64,000 nt of DNA, from assembly GCA_965198175.1 (NCBI GenBank), contig OZ240245.1, forward strand, positions 3,136,001 to 3,200,000. The letters run 5' to 3'. Made by a program: the position numbers and the translations under genes. The notes under the pieces were generated by a model, which was not told where the DNA came from, ran no database searches, and saw only the letters and a list, made by a program, of their open reading frames with translations. This DNA is from Candidatus Poribacteria bacterium (GTDB taxonomy: Bacteria; Poribacteria; WGA-4E; PCPOR2b). Within the stretch, counting starts at the first letter, position 1. Every line of letters starts with the position of its first letter. Shown in pieces: positions 50,893 to 61,340 of this stretch.

Positions 50893-51255
50893 TTGCGTCA
50901 ATACGAAACGATTTTTATTGTTAATCCAAATCTCGAAGAAGCCGAGACAAACAACGTCATCGAAGGAGTCAAAACGACCATTGAAGCCAGCGGCGGCAAG
51001 GTTTTAAGAACAGATTTATGGGGCAAGCGGAGACTTGCCTATCCGATTAAGCGCCACAACGATGGCTACTATGCGTTATACGTTTTTGAGAGCGATCCTG
51101 AATTTGTAGGTCAACTTAATACCTACTATCGGATCGCAGAGCCAATTATTAAGTATATGGTTGTGAGTTTTGAAGGTGAGGTCAGTGAAAGTACAGATGA
51201 TGTCACAATATCACGGGGCGCTAAAAACTCAGATGAAGCTGAAAAAGACTTCTGA
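50893..51255 (+). CDS. rpsF: 30S ribosomal protein S6
   Basis: RQYETIFIVNP...WGKRRLAYPI...GYY; TTG start inferred. Confidence 0.95.
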   Translation: MRQYETIFIVNPNLEEAETNNVIEGVKTTIEASGGKVLRTDLWGKRRLAYPIKRHNDGYYALYVFESDPEFVGQLNTYYRIAEPIIKYMVVSFEGEVSESTDDVTISRGAKNSDEAEKDF

Positions 51256-51312
51256 TGTAAGCCGTGCTTGATACGTTTTATGAGATCGGCTCAGACTGAA
51301 GGAGACAATATC

Positions 51313-51735
51313 ATGGCAAGTTACAACAGGGTTATCCTGATGGGAAATCTTACGCGTGATCCCGAGTTGAAGTACCTTCCGAGTGGCACAGCAGTTGCTA
51401 GATTGGGATTGGCTGTGAATCGCACTTATACAGACCGTCAGTCCGGCGAAAAAAAAGAGGAAGTTTGCTTTATTGACCTCAACGCTTTCGCTAAAACTGC
51501 CGAAACCATGAACGAATATCTTCAAAAAGGTAGTCCAGTGCTTGTTGAGGGACGCCTTAGATACCAAACATGGGAAACGGATGACGGACAGAGACGGAAT
51601 AAACACGATGTCGTTGTTGATCGGTTTGAATTTGTGGGTAGCCGTCAAGGTGGTCAGGACTCGCTCCGGGATGAGGGGGCGGGATACTCCGGTGCTGGTG
51701 AAGCATCACCTACAGAGGATGACATCCCGTTCTAA
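51313..51735 (+). CDS. ssb: single-stranded DNA-binding protein
   Basis: NRVILMGNLTRDPEL...DDIPF; AAGGAG RBS. Confidence 0.97.
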   Translation: MASYNRVILMGNLTRDPELKYLPSGTAVARLGLAVNRTYTDRQSGEKKEEVCFIDLNAFAKTAETMNEYLQKGSPVLVEGRLRYQTWETDDGQRRNKHDVVVDRFEFVGSRQGGQDSLRDEGAGYSGAGEASPTEDDIPF

Positions 51736-51769
51736 CAACTCACTTTGGAAAAATTCCCGGATATCACCG

Positions 51770-51800
51770 AAAAAGCGGGCGAAGTTCATGCCCGCTTTTT
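51770..51800. terminator. bidirectional intrinsic terminator-like hairpin
   Basis: aaaaagcgggc-gaagttcat-gcccgcttttt. Confidence 0.65.
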
Positions 51801-51943
51801 CCACGTCTATCATGCACCAGATTGATTGAGCCAGCGGGCTTCGCGGAATTCCACGACACAGAGTCCAGTGTCAGAAACTATGAAGGAAGGAGACGCGGTT
51901 TCCTCTGCCGCTGAAAACGGAGAGGCTTCGCCGTGGATGCTTT

Positions 51944-52180
51944 ATGGAAAATGGTCCTCGCCGGACATTTTCGGTTCGCCGGAAACGGTGCCGGCTATGT
52001 GCGGAAAAGCTTAAATCCATTGATTACAAAAATGTTACGCTGCTGAGAAATTTTATAACAGAGCGAGGGAAAATCATCCCTCGACGCGTTGTCGGCAACT
52101 GTGCAAAACATCAAAGGCAGGTAAACCGAGCAATTAAGCGGGCTCGTAATATTGCGCTTGTACCTTTCACACGACAGTAA
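51944..52180 (+). CDS. rpsR: 30S ribosomal protein S18 (Zn-binding C+ form)
   Basis: CRLC...[26 protein letters not shown]...AIKRAR. Confidence 0.96.
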   Translation: MENGPRRTFSVRRKRCRLCAEKLKSIDYKNVTLLRNFITERGKIIPRRVVGNCAKHQRQVNRAIKRARNIALVPFTRQ

Positions 52181-52386
52181 GCCGTTGTCGGAGATTCCCT
52201 GGAGATGAAATCTACATCCTCGTTTTGTCCTGCTTGAGAAGTCTGCTTCGCCCGAAGGGCGACGCGTCATACAGGATGTATTCGTCTAGGTATTGCTCAT
52301 AATGCGATATGCAGCACAGTTGATGAAAGCTGAGTATCAATCTTGAATGACACAGAATAACAAGCTCAACCGAGGTAGGAATTGCT

Positions 52387-52833
52387 ATGGAGATTATTCT
52401 AAGAAAAACCGTTGAAGGGGTCGGAAATGAGGGGTCCGTTTTAAAAGTTGCTGACGGCTACGCACGCAACTATCTGATTCCAAAGCAACTTGCGGTTTTC
52501 GCAACAGAGAAGAATCGGCGTCTGCTAGAACATGAGCGACGTGTTTTGGCCGTTCAGCATATCAAAGGGAAGCGAGAAGCCGAAATACTCGCAACCCGAA
52601 TCGCAGATACGACATGTACAATTCAGAGACGGGCGGGCGAAAGCGATCGGCTCTTTGGATCTGTGACTACCATGGATCTTTCCGAGGCGCTTTCTGCGCA
52701 ATCAATTGAAATCGATCGCCGTCAGATTGAATTAGATGCGCCCATAAGAGATCTTGGCGTTTTCATGGTGTCGATCCGCCTTCATGCAGATGTCGTCGCT
52801 AACCTTCAAGTTTTCGTTGTTCGTGAAGCATAG
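52387..52833 (+). CDS. rplI: 50S ribosomal protein L9
   Basis: VADGYARNYLIP, LFGSVT, LHADV. Confidence 0.97.
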   Translation: MEIILRKTVEGVGNEGSVLKVADGYARNYLIPKQLAVFATEKNRRLLEHERRVLAVQHIKGKREAEILATRIADTTCTIQRRAGESDRLFGSVTTMDLSEALSAQSIEIDRRQIELDAPIRDLGVFMVSIRLHADVVANLQVFVVREA

Positions 52834-52980
52834 TTTGCGAACTGTGCAAAGATAAAATCCTGACTCTCGCCGTAGGTTTATGACGTTAATCAGTTTCTCC
52901 GATGCCTCGCTGATAGCGTTTCGACATGATTCCGATTAAAGTCGGACGTTCAAATCAAGCCTTAATTTTTCTTTTGAGCC

Positions 52981-54312
52981 ATGCATTCTGAATCCACAGA
53001 GACCCTTCATGATAAAGAAGCGGAAGAGGCTGTTCTCGGCGCAATGATGACCGATCGAGCGGTCATCCCCCGCGTTGTATCAGCGATTGGACATACGTCG
53101 GAACCCTTTTTTACAACAGATCTTCAGCTCATTTACGCGGCGATTCTTTCAAGCTACGAGCGTAATAACAAAGTGGACCCGCTCCTCGTCGCGAATGAGC
53201 TTGAAAAGATAGATCAATTGAATCGGGCTGGCGGTGCTGTTTACTTGTACGATCTTCAGGCACAGATTGTCGAAACCGAAAGCACTGAACTCTATGCGCA
53301 GATTGTTCAAGAAAAGTGGTTGCGGCGCCAGTTGGTTCGGGCTGGTCAGCAGATCGACACACTGGCCAACGATCAAGAACGGGAACTCAGCGATGTATTG
53401 AGCCAAGCCCAAGAGGAAGTATTTCGTCTGAGTCATGCCGATGCCAGACGCAGCTCCATGTTGATTGCCCCGCTTGTTAAACAGACCCTAAAGGAGATTG
53501 AAAGTTTATATTATAAAGAAGAACAGATTCTCGGCGTCCCCACAGGCTTCTTTCATCTTGATGTAATGACATCAGGGTTGCAGCCCGGTGATTTGAGTAT
53601 TATCGCGGCACGTCCCAGTATGGGCAAGTCAACTCTCGTCCTGAACATCGCCCAAAATATTGCCAGAAATAACCTCCCGGTCTTGATATTTAGCCTTGAG
53701 ATGCCTGCGAGGCATGTGATTATGCGCATGCTCGCCGCTGAGACAGGAATTGATTTTAGCCGCCTTCGCACGGGGAAGTTGACCGATGATCACTGGGAGT
53801 CCTTGACACAAGGAACAAGCAGCTTAATCTCCGCTCCAATTTTCATCAATGATGCACGAGGCTTAACCGTACAGGAATTGCGCGCCGAAGGTAGACGATT
53901 GAAAGGCGAGCGCGAAGATCTCGCCGTTATAATCGTGGACTACTTGCAGTTGCTTAGTGGGTCCAGTAAATACTATGGACGAGTGGAAGAGATTTCTGAT
54001 ATTTCACGCTCTCTCAAAACCCTTGCTTGGGAGTTAGATGTTCCGATTATTGCTTGTTCCCAACTGAGCCGTGAAGTCGAAAGACGCCCGGATAAACGAC
54101 CTCAACTCTCTGATCTGAGAGAATCCGGCGCAATCGAGCAAGATGCCGATGTGGTTGCTTTCTTGTATAGAGAAGACTATTATGACGATCAGACCGAAGA
54201 AGATCAGGGGCTCGCCGATCTGATTATCAAAAAGCAGCGAAATGGACCAACCGGAACGATTCAGTTGGAATTTCATAAGAAGCTGATGCGATTTTCCGAT
54301 ATCCCCGTTTAA
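52981..54312 (+). CDS. dnaB: replicative DNA helicase
   Basis: AEEAVLG, AARPSMGKS, VDYLQL, SQLSR, SDLRESGAIEQDAD, KQRNGPTG; no intein. Confidence 0.97.
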   Translation: MHSESTETLHDKEAEEAVLGAMMTDRAVIPRVVSAIGHTSEPFFTTDLQLIYAAILSSYERNNKVDPLLVANELEKIDQLNRAGGAVYLYDLQAQIVETESTELYAQIVQEKWLRRQLVRAGQQIDTLANDQERELSDVLSQAQEEVFRLSHADARRSSMLIAPLVKQTLKEIESLYYKEEQILGVPTGFFHLDVMTSGLQPGDLSIIAARPSMGKSTLVLNIAQNIARNNLPVLIFSLEMPARHVIMRMLAAETGIDFSRLRTGKLTDDHWESLTQGTSSLISAPIFINDARGLTVQELRAEGRRLKGEREDLAVIIVDYLQLLSGSSKYYGRVEEISDISRSLKTLAWELDVPIIACSQLSREVERRPDKRPQLSDLRESGAIEQDADVVAFLYREDYYDDQTEEDQGLADLIIKKQRNGPTGTIQLEFHKKLMRFSDIPV

Positions 54313-54408
54313 AGCGATTAGTAGCTGTCACTGAACCTAAATTTGGGGGAGCGCAACCCTCCACAATTCAGTATTATTCTCAACTAACGGTTGTTGATTT
54401 GAGATTTT

Positions 54409-55263
54409 ATGATACCGATTGGCAATGTCGAGGAACAATCACTCTCAACCCAAACGTGTCGTCGCTCGGTTTTAATCCGTCTTGCTGATTATGTGGGTGG
54501 TTGGATATTCAAGAAACTGTATGAAATTGGAAGCGCGGTTGCGTTTGTCTGTTCAACCCTATCTCTAATTTTCAGACGCCCATTCCAATTTAACCTGCTT
54601 GTTCGACAGTTATTGCTGGTTGGTGTTAACTCACTGCCAGTCGTATTGGTTTCCGGAATCTTCACAGGCATGGTATTGGCGACGCAGGGGTATCACCAAC
54701 TGAAGGATCTTTCAGCGGAAGGCTCTGTCGGCAGATTTGTCAGCGTATCGGTCGTTAAAGAGCTAGGTCCCATGGTCACGGCTTTTATTTTGGCAGGGCG
54801 TATCGGCGCCTCAATCACGGCAGAGCTTGGCACGATGAAGGTGACCGAGCAGATTGACGCGTTGGATGTAATGGCGACTAGCCCGGTGAAATACCTCGTT
54901 GTTCCGCGCTTTCTCGCTTGTGCAATCATGCTTCCACTCCTGACGACGTTTTCGATTGTCTTCGGGATTGTAGGAGGGTATTTCACTGCCGTTTATATTT
55001 TACCCGTCAAAATGAACGGTAATTTTTTTTTAGAGCAGGCTCGCGCTTACATCTACATTAACAGTGTTGTTGTAAGCCTCATCAAATCATCAACGTTTGG
55101 GATGGCAATCGCGTCTGTAGGATGCTATAAGGGATTTACAATCTCTTCAGCCGGAGGTGCAGAGGGTGTCGGTAAAGCGACAACAGGTTCAGCAGTCACT
55201 TCTCTGATTGCCATTCTGATTCTGGACTTTGTTCTGAACCATGTGCTCTATACAATCTGGTGA
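54409..55263 (+). CDS. mlaE: MlaE-family ABC permease
   Basis: ELGPMVTA...GRIGASITAELGTMKVTEQIDAL, GAEGVGKATT. Confidence 0.92.
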   Translation: MIPIGNVEEQSLSTQTCRRSVLIRLADYVGGWIFKKLYEIGSAVAFVCSTLSLIFRRPFQFNLLVRQLLLVGVNSLPVVLVSGIFTGMVLATQGYHQLKDLSAEGSVGRFVSVSVVKELGPMVTAFILAGRIGASITAELGTMKVTEQIDALDVMATSPVKYLVVPRFLACAIMLPLLTTFSIVFGIVGGYFTAVYILPVKMNGNFFLEQARAYIYINSVVVSLIKSSTFGMAIASVGCYKGFTISSAGGAEGVGKATTGSAVTSLIAILILDFVLNHVLYTIW

Positions 55264-55335
55264 AAGCCAACGCTACGCGGTGCTTGTTTGTACCATGAAG
55301 TTATCAGTCCTAAGTCTGTTTCAGGTAATGATCGA

Positions 55336-56049
55336 ATGATTCACATTGAAAATTTGTGGAAATGCTTTGGAGACAAGGAGGTTCTCAGCGGTTTGAACCT
55401 CCACATTCCTCGTGGTGAAACGTCGATTGTTATTGGGCGAAGTGGATGTGGAAAAAGCGTTTTGCTCAAGCTAGTTACCGGGCTGCTGAAGCCAGACGTT
55501 GGAGAAATCCGGATTGATGGTGAGGAGATTTCCAACCTCAAAGATTTAAAGCGGATTCGCCGAAAGATTGGTATACTTTTCCAATCAGCGGCACTCTTTG
55601 ATTCGATGACGGTTGAAGAAAATGTTGGCTTCATGCTGTCCCAACATACAAATCTCAGCAAACGAGAAATTGGGGGGATTGTCGCGGAAAAGCTCCATTT
55701 GGTCGATCTTGACGGTGTTCAGAAACTGAGACCTGCAGAACTGAGTGGGGGCATGCGAAAACGTGTCGGTCTTGCGCGTGCGATTGCATTTAATCCGGAA
55801 GTGATTCTCTATGATGAGCCGACGACCGGATTGGACCCCATTACAGGATCCGAAATCAATCGGTTAATCCGGGACCTCCATGCGAAACTCAAGGTCACGT
55901 CGGTTGTTGTGACCCATGACATGGATAGCGCCTTCTCAGTTGGGACAAGGATGGCAATGATACACGCGGGGCAAGTTATTGCATCCGGATCTCTCGCTGA
56001 AATTCGGAAGATTGATAGCCCAATCCTGCAAGCATTTATTTCTGAGTGA
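55336..56049 (+). CDS. mlaF: MlaF-family ABC ATPase
   Basis: GRSGCGKS, FQSAALFDS, LSGGMRKRV, YDEPTTGLDP. Confidence 0.92.
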   Translation: MIHIENLWKCFGDKEVLSGLNLHIPRGETSIVIGRSGCGKSVLLKLVTGLLKPDVGEIRIDGEEISNLKDLKRIRRKIGILFQSAALFDSMTVEENVGFMLSQHTNLSKREIGGIVAEKLHLVDLDGVQKLRPAELSGGMRKRVGLARAIAFNPEVILYDEPTTGLDPITGSEINRLIRDLHAKLKVTSVVVTHDMDSAFSVGTRMAMIHAGQVIASGSLAEIRKIDSPILQAFISE

Positions 56050-57641
56050 CGGCAACCGTCAGTTCAAAGGGGGCATTGGTGGCTAGATGGAATGAGCAAG
56101 TCAAGGTGGGGTTCGTCGCTGTCATCGGTCTGGCTTTACTTATCGTTTTGCTTTTCAATGCATCGAATTGGCCGTGGAGTGTAAGCGGCGACGTTTTACG
56201 CGTTCAATTTGGGACAGTCAATGACCTCCACGTAGGCGCGGGGGTTCATTTGTCAGGTGTAAAGGTTGGCAGAATTACGGGGATTGAGCTTAAAGCGGAC
56301 GAGAATAAAATTGAAATCCAAATGCGAGTCAAGGAGGCGTTTCAGCGGCTACGCCAGGGCTGTAGAGTCAGGATTGGTACAATCGGATTTGTGGGTGAAA
56401 CCTACATTGACATCAGGAACGGTCCTGTCGGAAATCGGCTTCTACAACTAGAGGACCTCCCTTTGATTGGCGAAGACCCATTGAGTATCGTAGACCTCCT
56501 TGAAATCGCGGAGCAAGCTGTCACGCGCGCTACACAAGTTGCTCAGTCTACCCATACACTAATCGAATCGAATCAAACCGGCGTCAGTGAGGGGATTACA
56601 GAAATACGGGAATTGGTCAATCAAACCCGTAAGGCGCTAGAAACGGTCGTCAGAAACACGGAGAAATCCGTGGCAACCCTTAATCGGCTTGCATCAGATA
56701 ATGATTCGCGCTTGCAACAAATCTTTACCCGGCTCAATCGCTTGCTCGAACAGTTGGAAAGCGATTCTCTAGCACTCAGCAGTGATGCGGGAGATATTGC
56801 ACAGTCTGTGCTTAGTTTAATTGACCGCAACTCGGGGACCGTTGACGAGATTATTGATGACTTGCACGTGAGTTCTTCCAATTTTCGAAAAACGTCCCAA
56901 AAACTTCACACGGATCTCTCCACACTGAAATCTGAGATGTCGAGCCTTATTCTGAAAAGCAGGGAAGTTGTTGATTCTGAAGCTCCAAAGATTGACCGAC
57001 TGCTAGAAAATCTTACAGCCGTCACTGATAATTTGGATGGACTGCGCGAAAATTTCGCCCAACTGCTGGATAAAGTGCAAAGTGGAGATGGGAGCGTTGC
57101 AGCGCTGATCAGCAGGCCAGATGCGCTCAATGAAGCACGGAGTGTGTTGCAAACGGCGGATGAAACAATTGTCGAGATCAGAGACCTGTTCCAAGCATTC
57201 AATGAAAAGTCTGAAAGATTTAAGGCTCCGGATGTGGCTTGGGATTACGAACTCCGATATGTAAGCCTCGAAGAGCACCTCCATAACGAGCTAGCGGTTC
57301 TGTTATTGCCTGCCCATAATCAGCGGTTTCGATTAGGCTTTGGCGTCCGTGAGGAAGATGTGAAGTTTGAACTTCAATACGGTTATGATTTCAACGACCA
57401 TTTACGCGGGCGCTTGGGGTTCATGCGTTCAACGGTTGGGGTGGGGTTTGATGTGTGGTTACTCTCGAAAAAACTCGGTATCACTCTTGAAGGGACTCGC
57501 TTGACAGGCGAGCGACCCGAGCTCAATACGGAATTATCATGGCGGGTTTTTCCTTATGGACATATGATAATCGGCGCGGAGAACCTGACCGATGATATCC
57601 GTTACACAGTCGGATTTCGGCTTTCAGCAAAAAAATGGTAA
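56046..57641 (+). CDS. mlaD: long MlaD: TM anchor, MCE domain, helical stalk, C-terminal beta-strand domain
   Basis: KVG.TM; L..GA.V..SGV.VG.I MCE motif; roughly 240 aa of heptad-like helix; amphipathic beta C-terminus. Confidence 0.85.
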   Translation: MTATVSSKGALVARWNEQVKVGFVAVIGLALLIVLLFNASNWPWSVSGDVLRVQFGTVNDLHVGAGVHLSGVKVGRITGIELKADENKIEIQMRVKEAFQRLRQGCRVRIGTIGFVGETYIDIRNGPVGNRLLQLEDLPLIGEDPLSIVDLLEIAEQAVTRATQVAQSTHTLIESNQTGVSEGITEIRELVNQTRKALETVVRNTEKSVATLNRLASDNDSRLQQIFTRLNRLLEQLESDSLALSSDAGDIAQSVLSLIDRNSGTVDEIIDDLHVSSSNFRKTSQKLHTDLSTLKSEMSSLILKSREVVDSEAPKIDRLLENLTAVTDNLDGLRENFAQLLDKVQSGDGSVAALISRPDALNEARSVLQTADETIVEIRDLFQAFNEKSERFKAPDVAWDYELRYVSLEEHLHNELAVLLLPAHNQRFRLGFGVREEDVKFELQYGYDFNDHLRGRLGFMRSTVGVGFDVWLLSKKLGITLEGTRLTGERPELNTELSWRVFPYGHMIIGAENLTDDIRYTVGFRLSAKKW

Positions 57642-57699
57642 CCGACTGACACGCGGCTCAATGCCAAAGACCATCAAACATCGTGCACTAATCCCTAAA

Positions 57700-59064
57700 A
57701 TGTCAAAAGAACGTCGCCAATTCGTATGTCGTGAGTGTGGTCACAGCTCAGTGAAATGGCTCGGCCGCTGTCCAGCGTGTGAGCAGTGGAATACCCTAGT
57801 AGAGGAAGTCCAGAAAACTTCACCGCCAAAGACGCCACATCGACACTTGGGTCAGCCGACGAGCCTCCCTGAGCCGATTACGCAAATCACCGCAAGTGAG
57901 GAAGATCGCCTCCTAACAGGCATTGGGGAATTTGATCGGGTACTTGGCGGGGGATTTGTGCCGGGGTCTGTTGTGCTCATTGGCGGAGATCCAGGCATTG
58001 GAAAATCCACGCTCTTGTTACAAGCAAGTGATGCTCTTAGCCGCATCTATGGGATTGTGCTCTATGTCTCTGGCGAGGAGTCCGTCACGCAGATGAAGTT
58101 GAGGGCAAACCGTCTTGGCATTACCTCTGATTCTCTGTATGTTTTATGTGAAAATAATCTTGAACAAATTGAAGCGCATATTGCGTCCCTTCAGCCTTAT
58201 ATTGTCATTATCGATTCCATTCAAGCCGTCTACGCTCCGGAAGTACAATCAGCGCCCGGCAGCATCACTCAGGTTCGTGAGAGTGCAGTCCAACTCCTGG
58301 TTACCGCTAAAAACAAGAACGTCCCAATCGTGCTCGTAGGACATGTGACAAAGGAGGGGGCTTTAGCGGGTCCTCGCGTTTTGGAACACATGGTTGATAC
58401 AGTTCTTTATTTTGAGGGCGAAAGCCGGCTCATTTATCGTGTGCTGCGCGCCGTGAAAAACCGATTTGGATCGACCAACGAGATCGGTATTTTTGAAATG
58501 TTGAGCAGCGGGCTTGTTGAGGTCAAGAACCCGTCAGCGTTATTCATTAGTGAGCGGCAGGAAAATACCTCTGGATCAGTTGTCGTATCGAGCATTGAGG
58601 GAACGCGCCCCCTACTTTTAGAACTTCAAGCTCTGGTTTCACCGGCAAGCTCTGGGATTCCGCGCAACACTGCGACAGGGGTGGACCGTCATCGCATAGC
58701 TCTGCTCATCGCTGTGCTGCAGAAACGGGTGGGGCTTGACATTGGCGGGTCAGATGTCTTTGTCAATATCACCGGTGGTATGCGGTTGGATGAACCGGGG
58801 GTTGACCTTGGTACTGCCATCGCAATCACATCAAACCATCGAGATATCGCCATCGATCCTCGCACTGTAATCATTGGAGAGGTCGGTTTGGGTGGGGAAG
58901 TTCGTCCCGTTTCACATATTGAGAAGCGGTTGGGAGAGGCTGCAAAACTGGGCTTTAATCGGGCAATTTTCCCCGAATACAACCGCAATAACTTGGAGTT
59001 AAAGCAAGATATTAACTTAGTTGGAGTGAAGGATCTTTATGGCGCACTCAGCGCATTACTATAA
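57700..59064 (+). CDS. radA: DNA repair protein RadA/Sms
   Basis: CxxC-KWLGRCPAC, GGDPGIGKST, IDSIQ, KNRFG. Confidence 0.97.
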   Translation: MSKERRQFVCRECGHSSVKWLGRCPACEQWNTLVEEVQKTSPPKTPHRHLGQPTSLPEPITQITASEEDRLLTGIGEFDRVLGGGFVPGSVVLIGGDPGIGKSTLLLQASDALSRIYGIVLYVSGEESVTQMKLRANRLGITSDSLYVLCENNLEQIEAHIASLQPYIVIIDSIQAVYAPEVQSAPGSITQVRESAVQLLVTAKNKNVPIVLVGHVTKEGALAGPRVLEHMVDTVLYFEGESRLIYRVLRAVKNRFGSTNEIGIFEMLSSGLVEVKNPSALFISERQENTSGSVVVSSIEGTRPLLLELQALVSPASSGIPRNTATGVDRHRIALLIAVLQKRVGLDIGGSDVFVNITGGMRLDEPGVDLGTAIAITSNHRDIAIDPRTVIIGEVGLGGEVRPVSHIEKRLGEAAKLGFNRAIFPEYNRNNLELKQDINLVGVKDLYGALSALL

Positions 59065-59090
59065 ACAATATCATAATCATATGAAAGTGG

Positions 59091-60137
59091 GTGACTCCGA
59101 TGCAAATTTGGTTCATCCGGGCCTCCTTTATTTTATTTGGGTTTATTTTTGGCTTTCTCACGGGAGATTTGAAGGGAGGCGGTACGGGGCTTGTCCTAGC
59201 TGCCACCTTAGTCGGTGCCGAATCATTAATACGGCGGTCAATGTTACGGGATCTTTTCGCTTGTCTGGTCGGATTGGTATTTGGGTTGATTGTGGCTGCC
59301 CTAATGATTTATATCGTTTCCCAAACAACCAATATCACAAACCTAGTCAAAGCCTGCATTACGCTTTTATTTGGTTATATAGGAATAATGATTATCTATC
59401 GAAGGCGAGAGGCTTTTGGCTTGTTTTCTCTAACGGCACAGGGCATACAATCCAATTCTCCGGCTTTCAAGATTCTGGATACGAGTGTTATTATTGATGG
59501 CCGAATTCGTGACATCTGCGACACGGGGTTTATTGATGGTATCGTTGTGGTTCCGCGATTTGTACTCAATGAACTGCAACATATCGCCGATTCTCCGGAT
59601 CCACTTCGCCGGAACAAGGGTAGACGCGGCTTCGAGATTCTGGAGGATTTACAGCGGAATCCGAATATCAATGTTGAGATGACGGAGGACGATTTCCCCG
59701 ATGTGGCAGAAGTTGATGCAAAATTGGTTCATCTCGCTCGGAAGATTCAGGCGAAAATTATCACGAACGACTTCAATTTGAATAAGGTCGCTGAACTCCA
59801 AGGTGTAACCGTTCTCAACATCAACGTGCTCGCAAATGCAATTCGCCCAATTGTCGTGGCTGGCGAAGAGATTAAGGTTCGAGTCATTCGTGAGGGCAAA
59901 GAACCGAATCAAGGCGTTGGTTATCTTGATGACGGCACGATGGTTATTGTCGAAAACGGCAAACACTACATTGGACAGACCGTTGAAGTGGTCATTACCC
60001 AAGCTTTGCAAACCAGTGCAGGTCGAATGATTTTTAGTCGCCGGAAGCTCGGTGAAACGGATCGTGATGAATCGGAAGGTGAGCGTTCTTATTCCCGCAG
60101 CTGGCAGCGGAAGCCGGATGGGACATCGTCGTACTAA
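59091..60137 (+). CDS. membrane PIN/TRAM-domain protein (YacL-like)
   Basis: TM N-terminus, LDTSVIIDGRI, TNDFNLNKVA, GYLDDGTMVIVE, QTSAGRMIF. Confidence 0.92.
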   Translation: MTPMQIWFIRASFILFGFIFGFLTGDLKGGGTGLVLAATLVGAESLIRRSMLRDLFACLVGLVFGLIVAALMIYIVSQTTNITNLVKACITLLFGYIGIMIIYRRREAFGLFSLTAQGIQSNSPAFKILDTSVIIDGRIRDICDTGFIDGIVVVPRFVLNELQHIADSPDPLRRNKGRRGFEILEDLQRNPNINVEMTEDDFPDVAEVDAKLVHLARKIQAKIITNDFNLNKVAELQGVTVLNINVLANAIRPIVVAGEEIKVRVIREGKEPNQGVGYLDDGTMVIVENGKHYIGQTVEVVITQALQTSAGRMIFSRRKLGETDRDESEGERSYSRSWQRKPDGTSSY

Positions 60138-60765
60138 AAAACCGTATCTGCAACTGCTGGAAAAACCGATTCTCACGCATACGATTAGCGTCTTCGATCA
60201 AAATCCTGTTGTGGATACGATTCATGTCATCGTCAATCCATCAGATTTTGAATTGTGCCAGTCCATTGCGATTGTCCCGTACGGTTTCCAGAAGGTTACA
60301 AATCTCATTCCCGGCGGAGAAACGCGGCAGGATTCTGTTTTCAATGGCTTGCAGTCACTTCCTAGCGATGCTGATTTTGTGATCGTGCATGATGGGGTTC
60401 GTCCTTTTGTCACTGACGATATAATCGACTCCTGTCTTGAAGCGGCAGAGGAATGGGGGGCGGCGGTTGCTGCTGTGCCTGTCAAAGATACTATCAAGGT
60501 TGCAGATGCGGATGGGTTCATCGTTGACACCCTGAATCGGAGCAGACTTTGGGCGGTGCAGACCCCCCAGTCCTTTAGAAAAGATTTGCTATTGAAAGCG
60601 CACCAACGCGCTCGACAGGCGAGGCTGAACGTAACCGATGACGCTACGCTTGTCGAACAACTCGGTTTCAGGGTGAGGTTGATAGCGGGGAGCCATCGCA
60701 ACTTAAAGGTTACGACCGCAGAAGACCTCCTCATCGCTGAAACGCTAAGCACCGTTGAAGATTGA
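60067..60765 (+). CDS. ispD: 2-C-methyl-D-erythritol 4-phosphate cytidylyltransferase
   Basis: PAAGSGSRM, GGETRQDSV, VHDGVRP, QTPQ, TDD, NLKVTT. Confidence 0.96.
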   Translation: MNRKVSVLIPAAGSGSRMGHRRTKKPYLQLLEKPILTHTISVFDQNPVVDTIHVIVNPSDFELCQSIAIVPYGFQKVTNLIPGGETRQDSVFNGLQSLPSDADFVIVHDGVRPFVTDDIIDSCLEAAEEWGAAVAAVPVKDTIKVADADGFIVDTLNRSRLWAVQTPQSFRKDLLLKAHQRARQARLNVTDDATLVEQLGFRVRLIAGSHRNLKVTTAEDLLIAETLSTVED

Positions 60766-60795
60766 AGGTTGGCTGACCGTCTTCAATTCAAAGAT

Positions 60796-61269
60796 ATGCG
60801 TATCGGAATTGGCTACGATGTCCACCGGCTGGTGGAGAATCGACGATTGATTTTGGGTGGTGTTCAGATTCCCTATATACTAGGACTCTTGGGGCACTCC
60901 GACGCTGATGTATTGACACACGCGATTTGTGACGCAATATTGGGAGCAGCGGGGTTGGGCGATATTGGCGTGCACTTTCCCGATACAGATGCAGCATACG
61001 CTGATATCAATAGCCTTGTTTTATTGAAGCAGGTCAAGGTGTTAGTCGATCAGGACTACGCAGTCCAAAATGTTGACAGCACCCTTATTGCTGAACGTCC
61101 AAAGCTTGCCGCTTACATTCCCCAAATGCGCCAGCGACTTGCGGACATACTAGCGATTCCCGTCGATCGAATCAACATTAAAGCTACTACGTCGGAGGGA
61201 CTCGGATTCATTGGCGAAGGGAAAGCCATTGCCGCCCAAGCAATTGTCAGCCTAGATGTTAAGCGTTAG
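60796..61269 (+). CDS. ispF: 2-C-methyl-D-erythritol 2,4-cyclodiphosphate synthase
   Basis: [31 protein letters not shown]. Confidence 0.97.
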   Translation: MRIGIGYDVHRLVENRRLILGGVQIPYILGLLGHSDADVLTHAICDAILGAAGLGDIGVHFPDTDAAYADINSLVLLKQVKVLVDQDYAVQNVDSTLIAERPKLAAYIPQMRQRLADILAIPVDRINIKATTSEGLGFIGEGKAIAAQAIVSLDVKR

Positions 61270-61340
61270 GTATTAGGATTCAGTTTCGCAGCCGCTGCAA
61301 TACGTCATACTTTTCAGACAATTCCTAAATCGGAAAGAAA

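Noticed and set aside
51826..52014. 62-aa ORF between ssb and rpsR
   Set aside because: It overlaps rpsR out of frame and has no recognisable features.
60067..60137. 71-nt PIN/TRAM-ispD overlap as a frameshift
   Set aside because: Both proteins are complete; the overlap only encodes a low-complexity tail.
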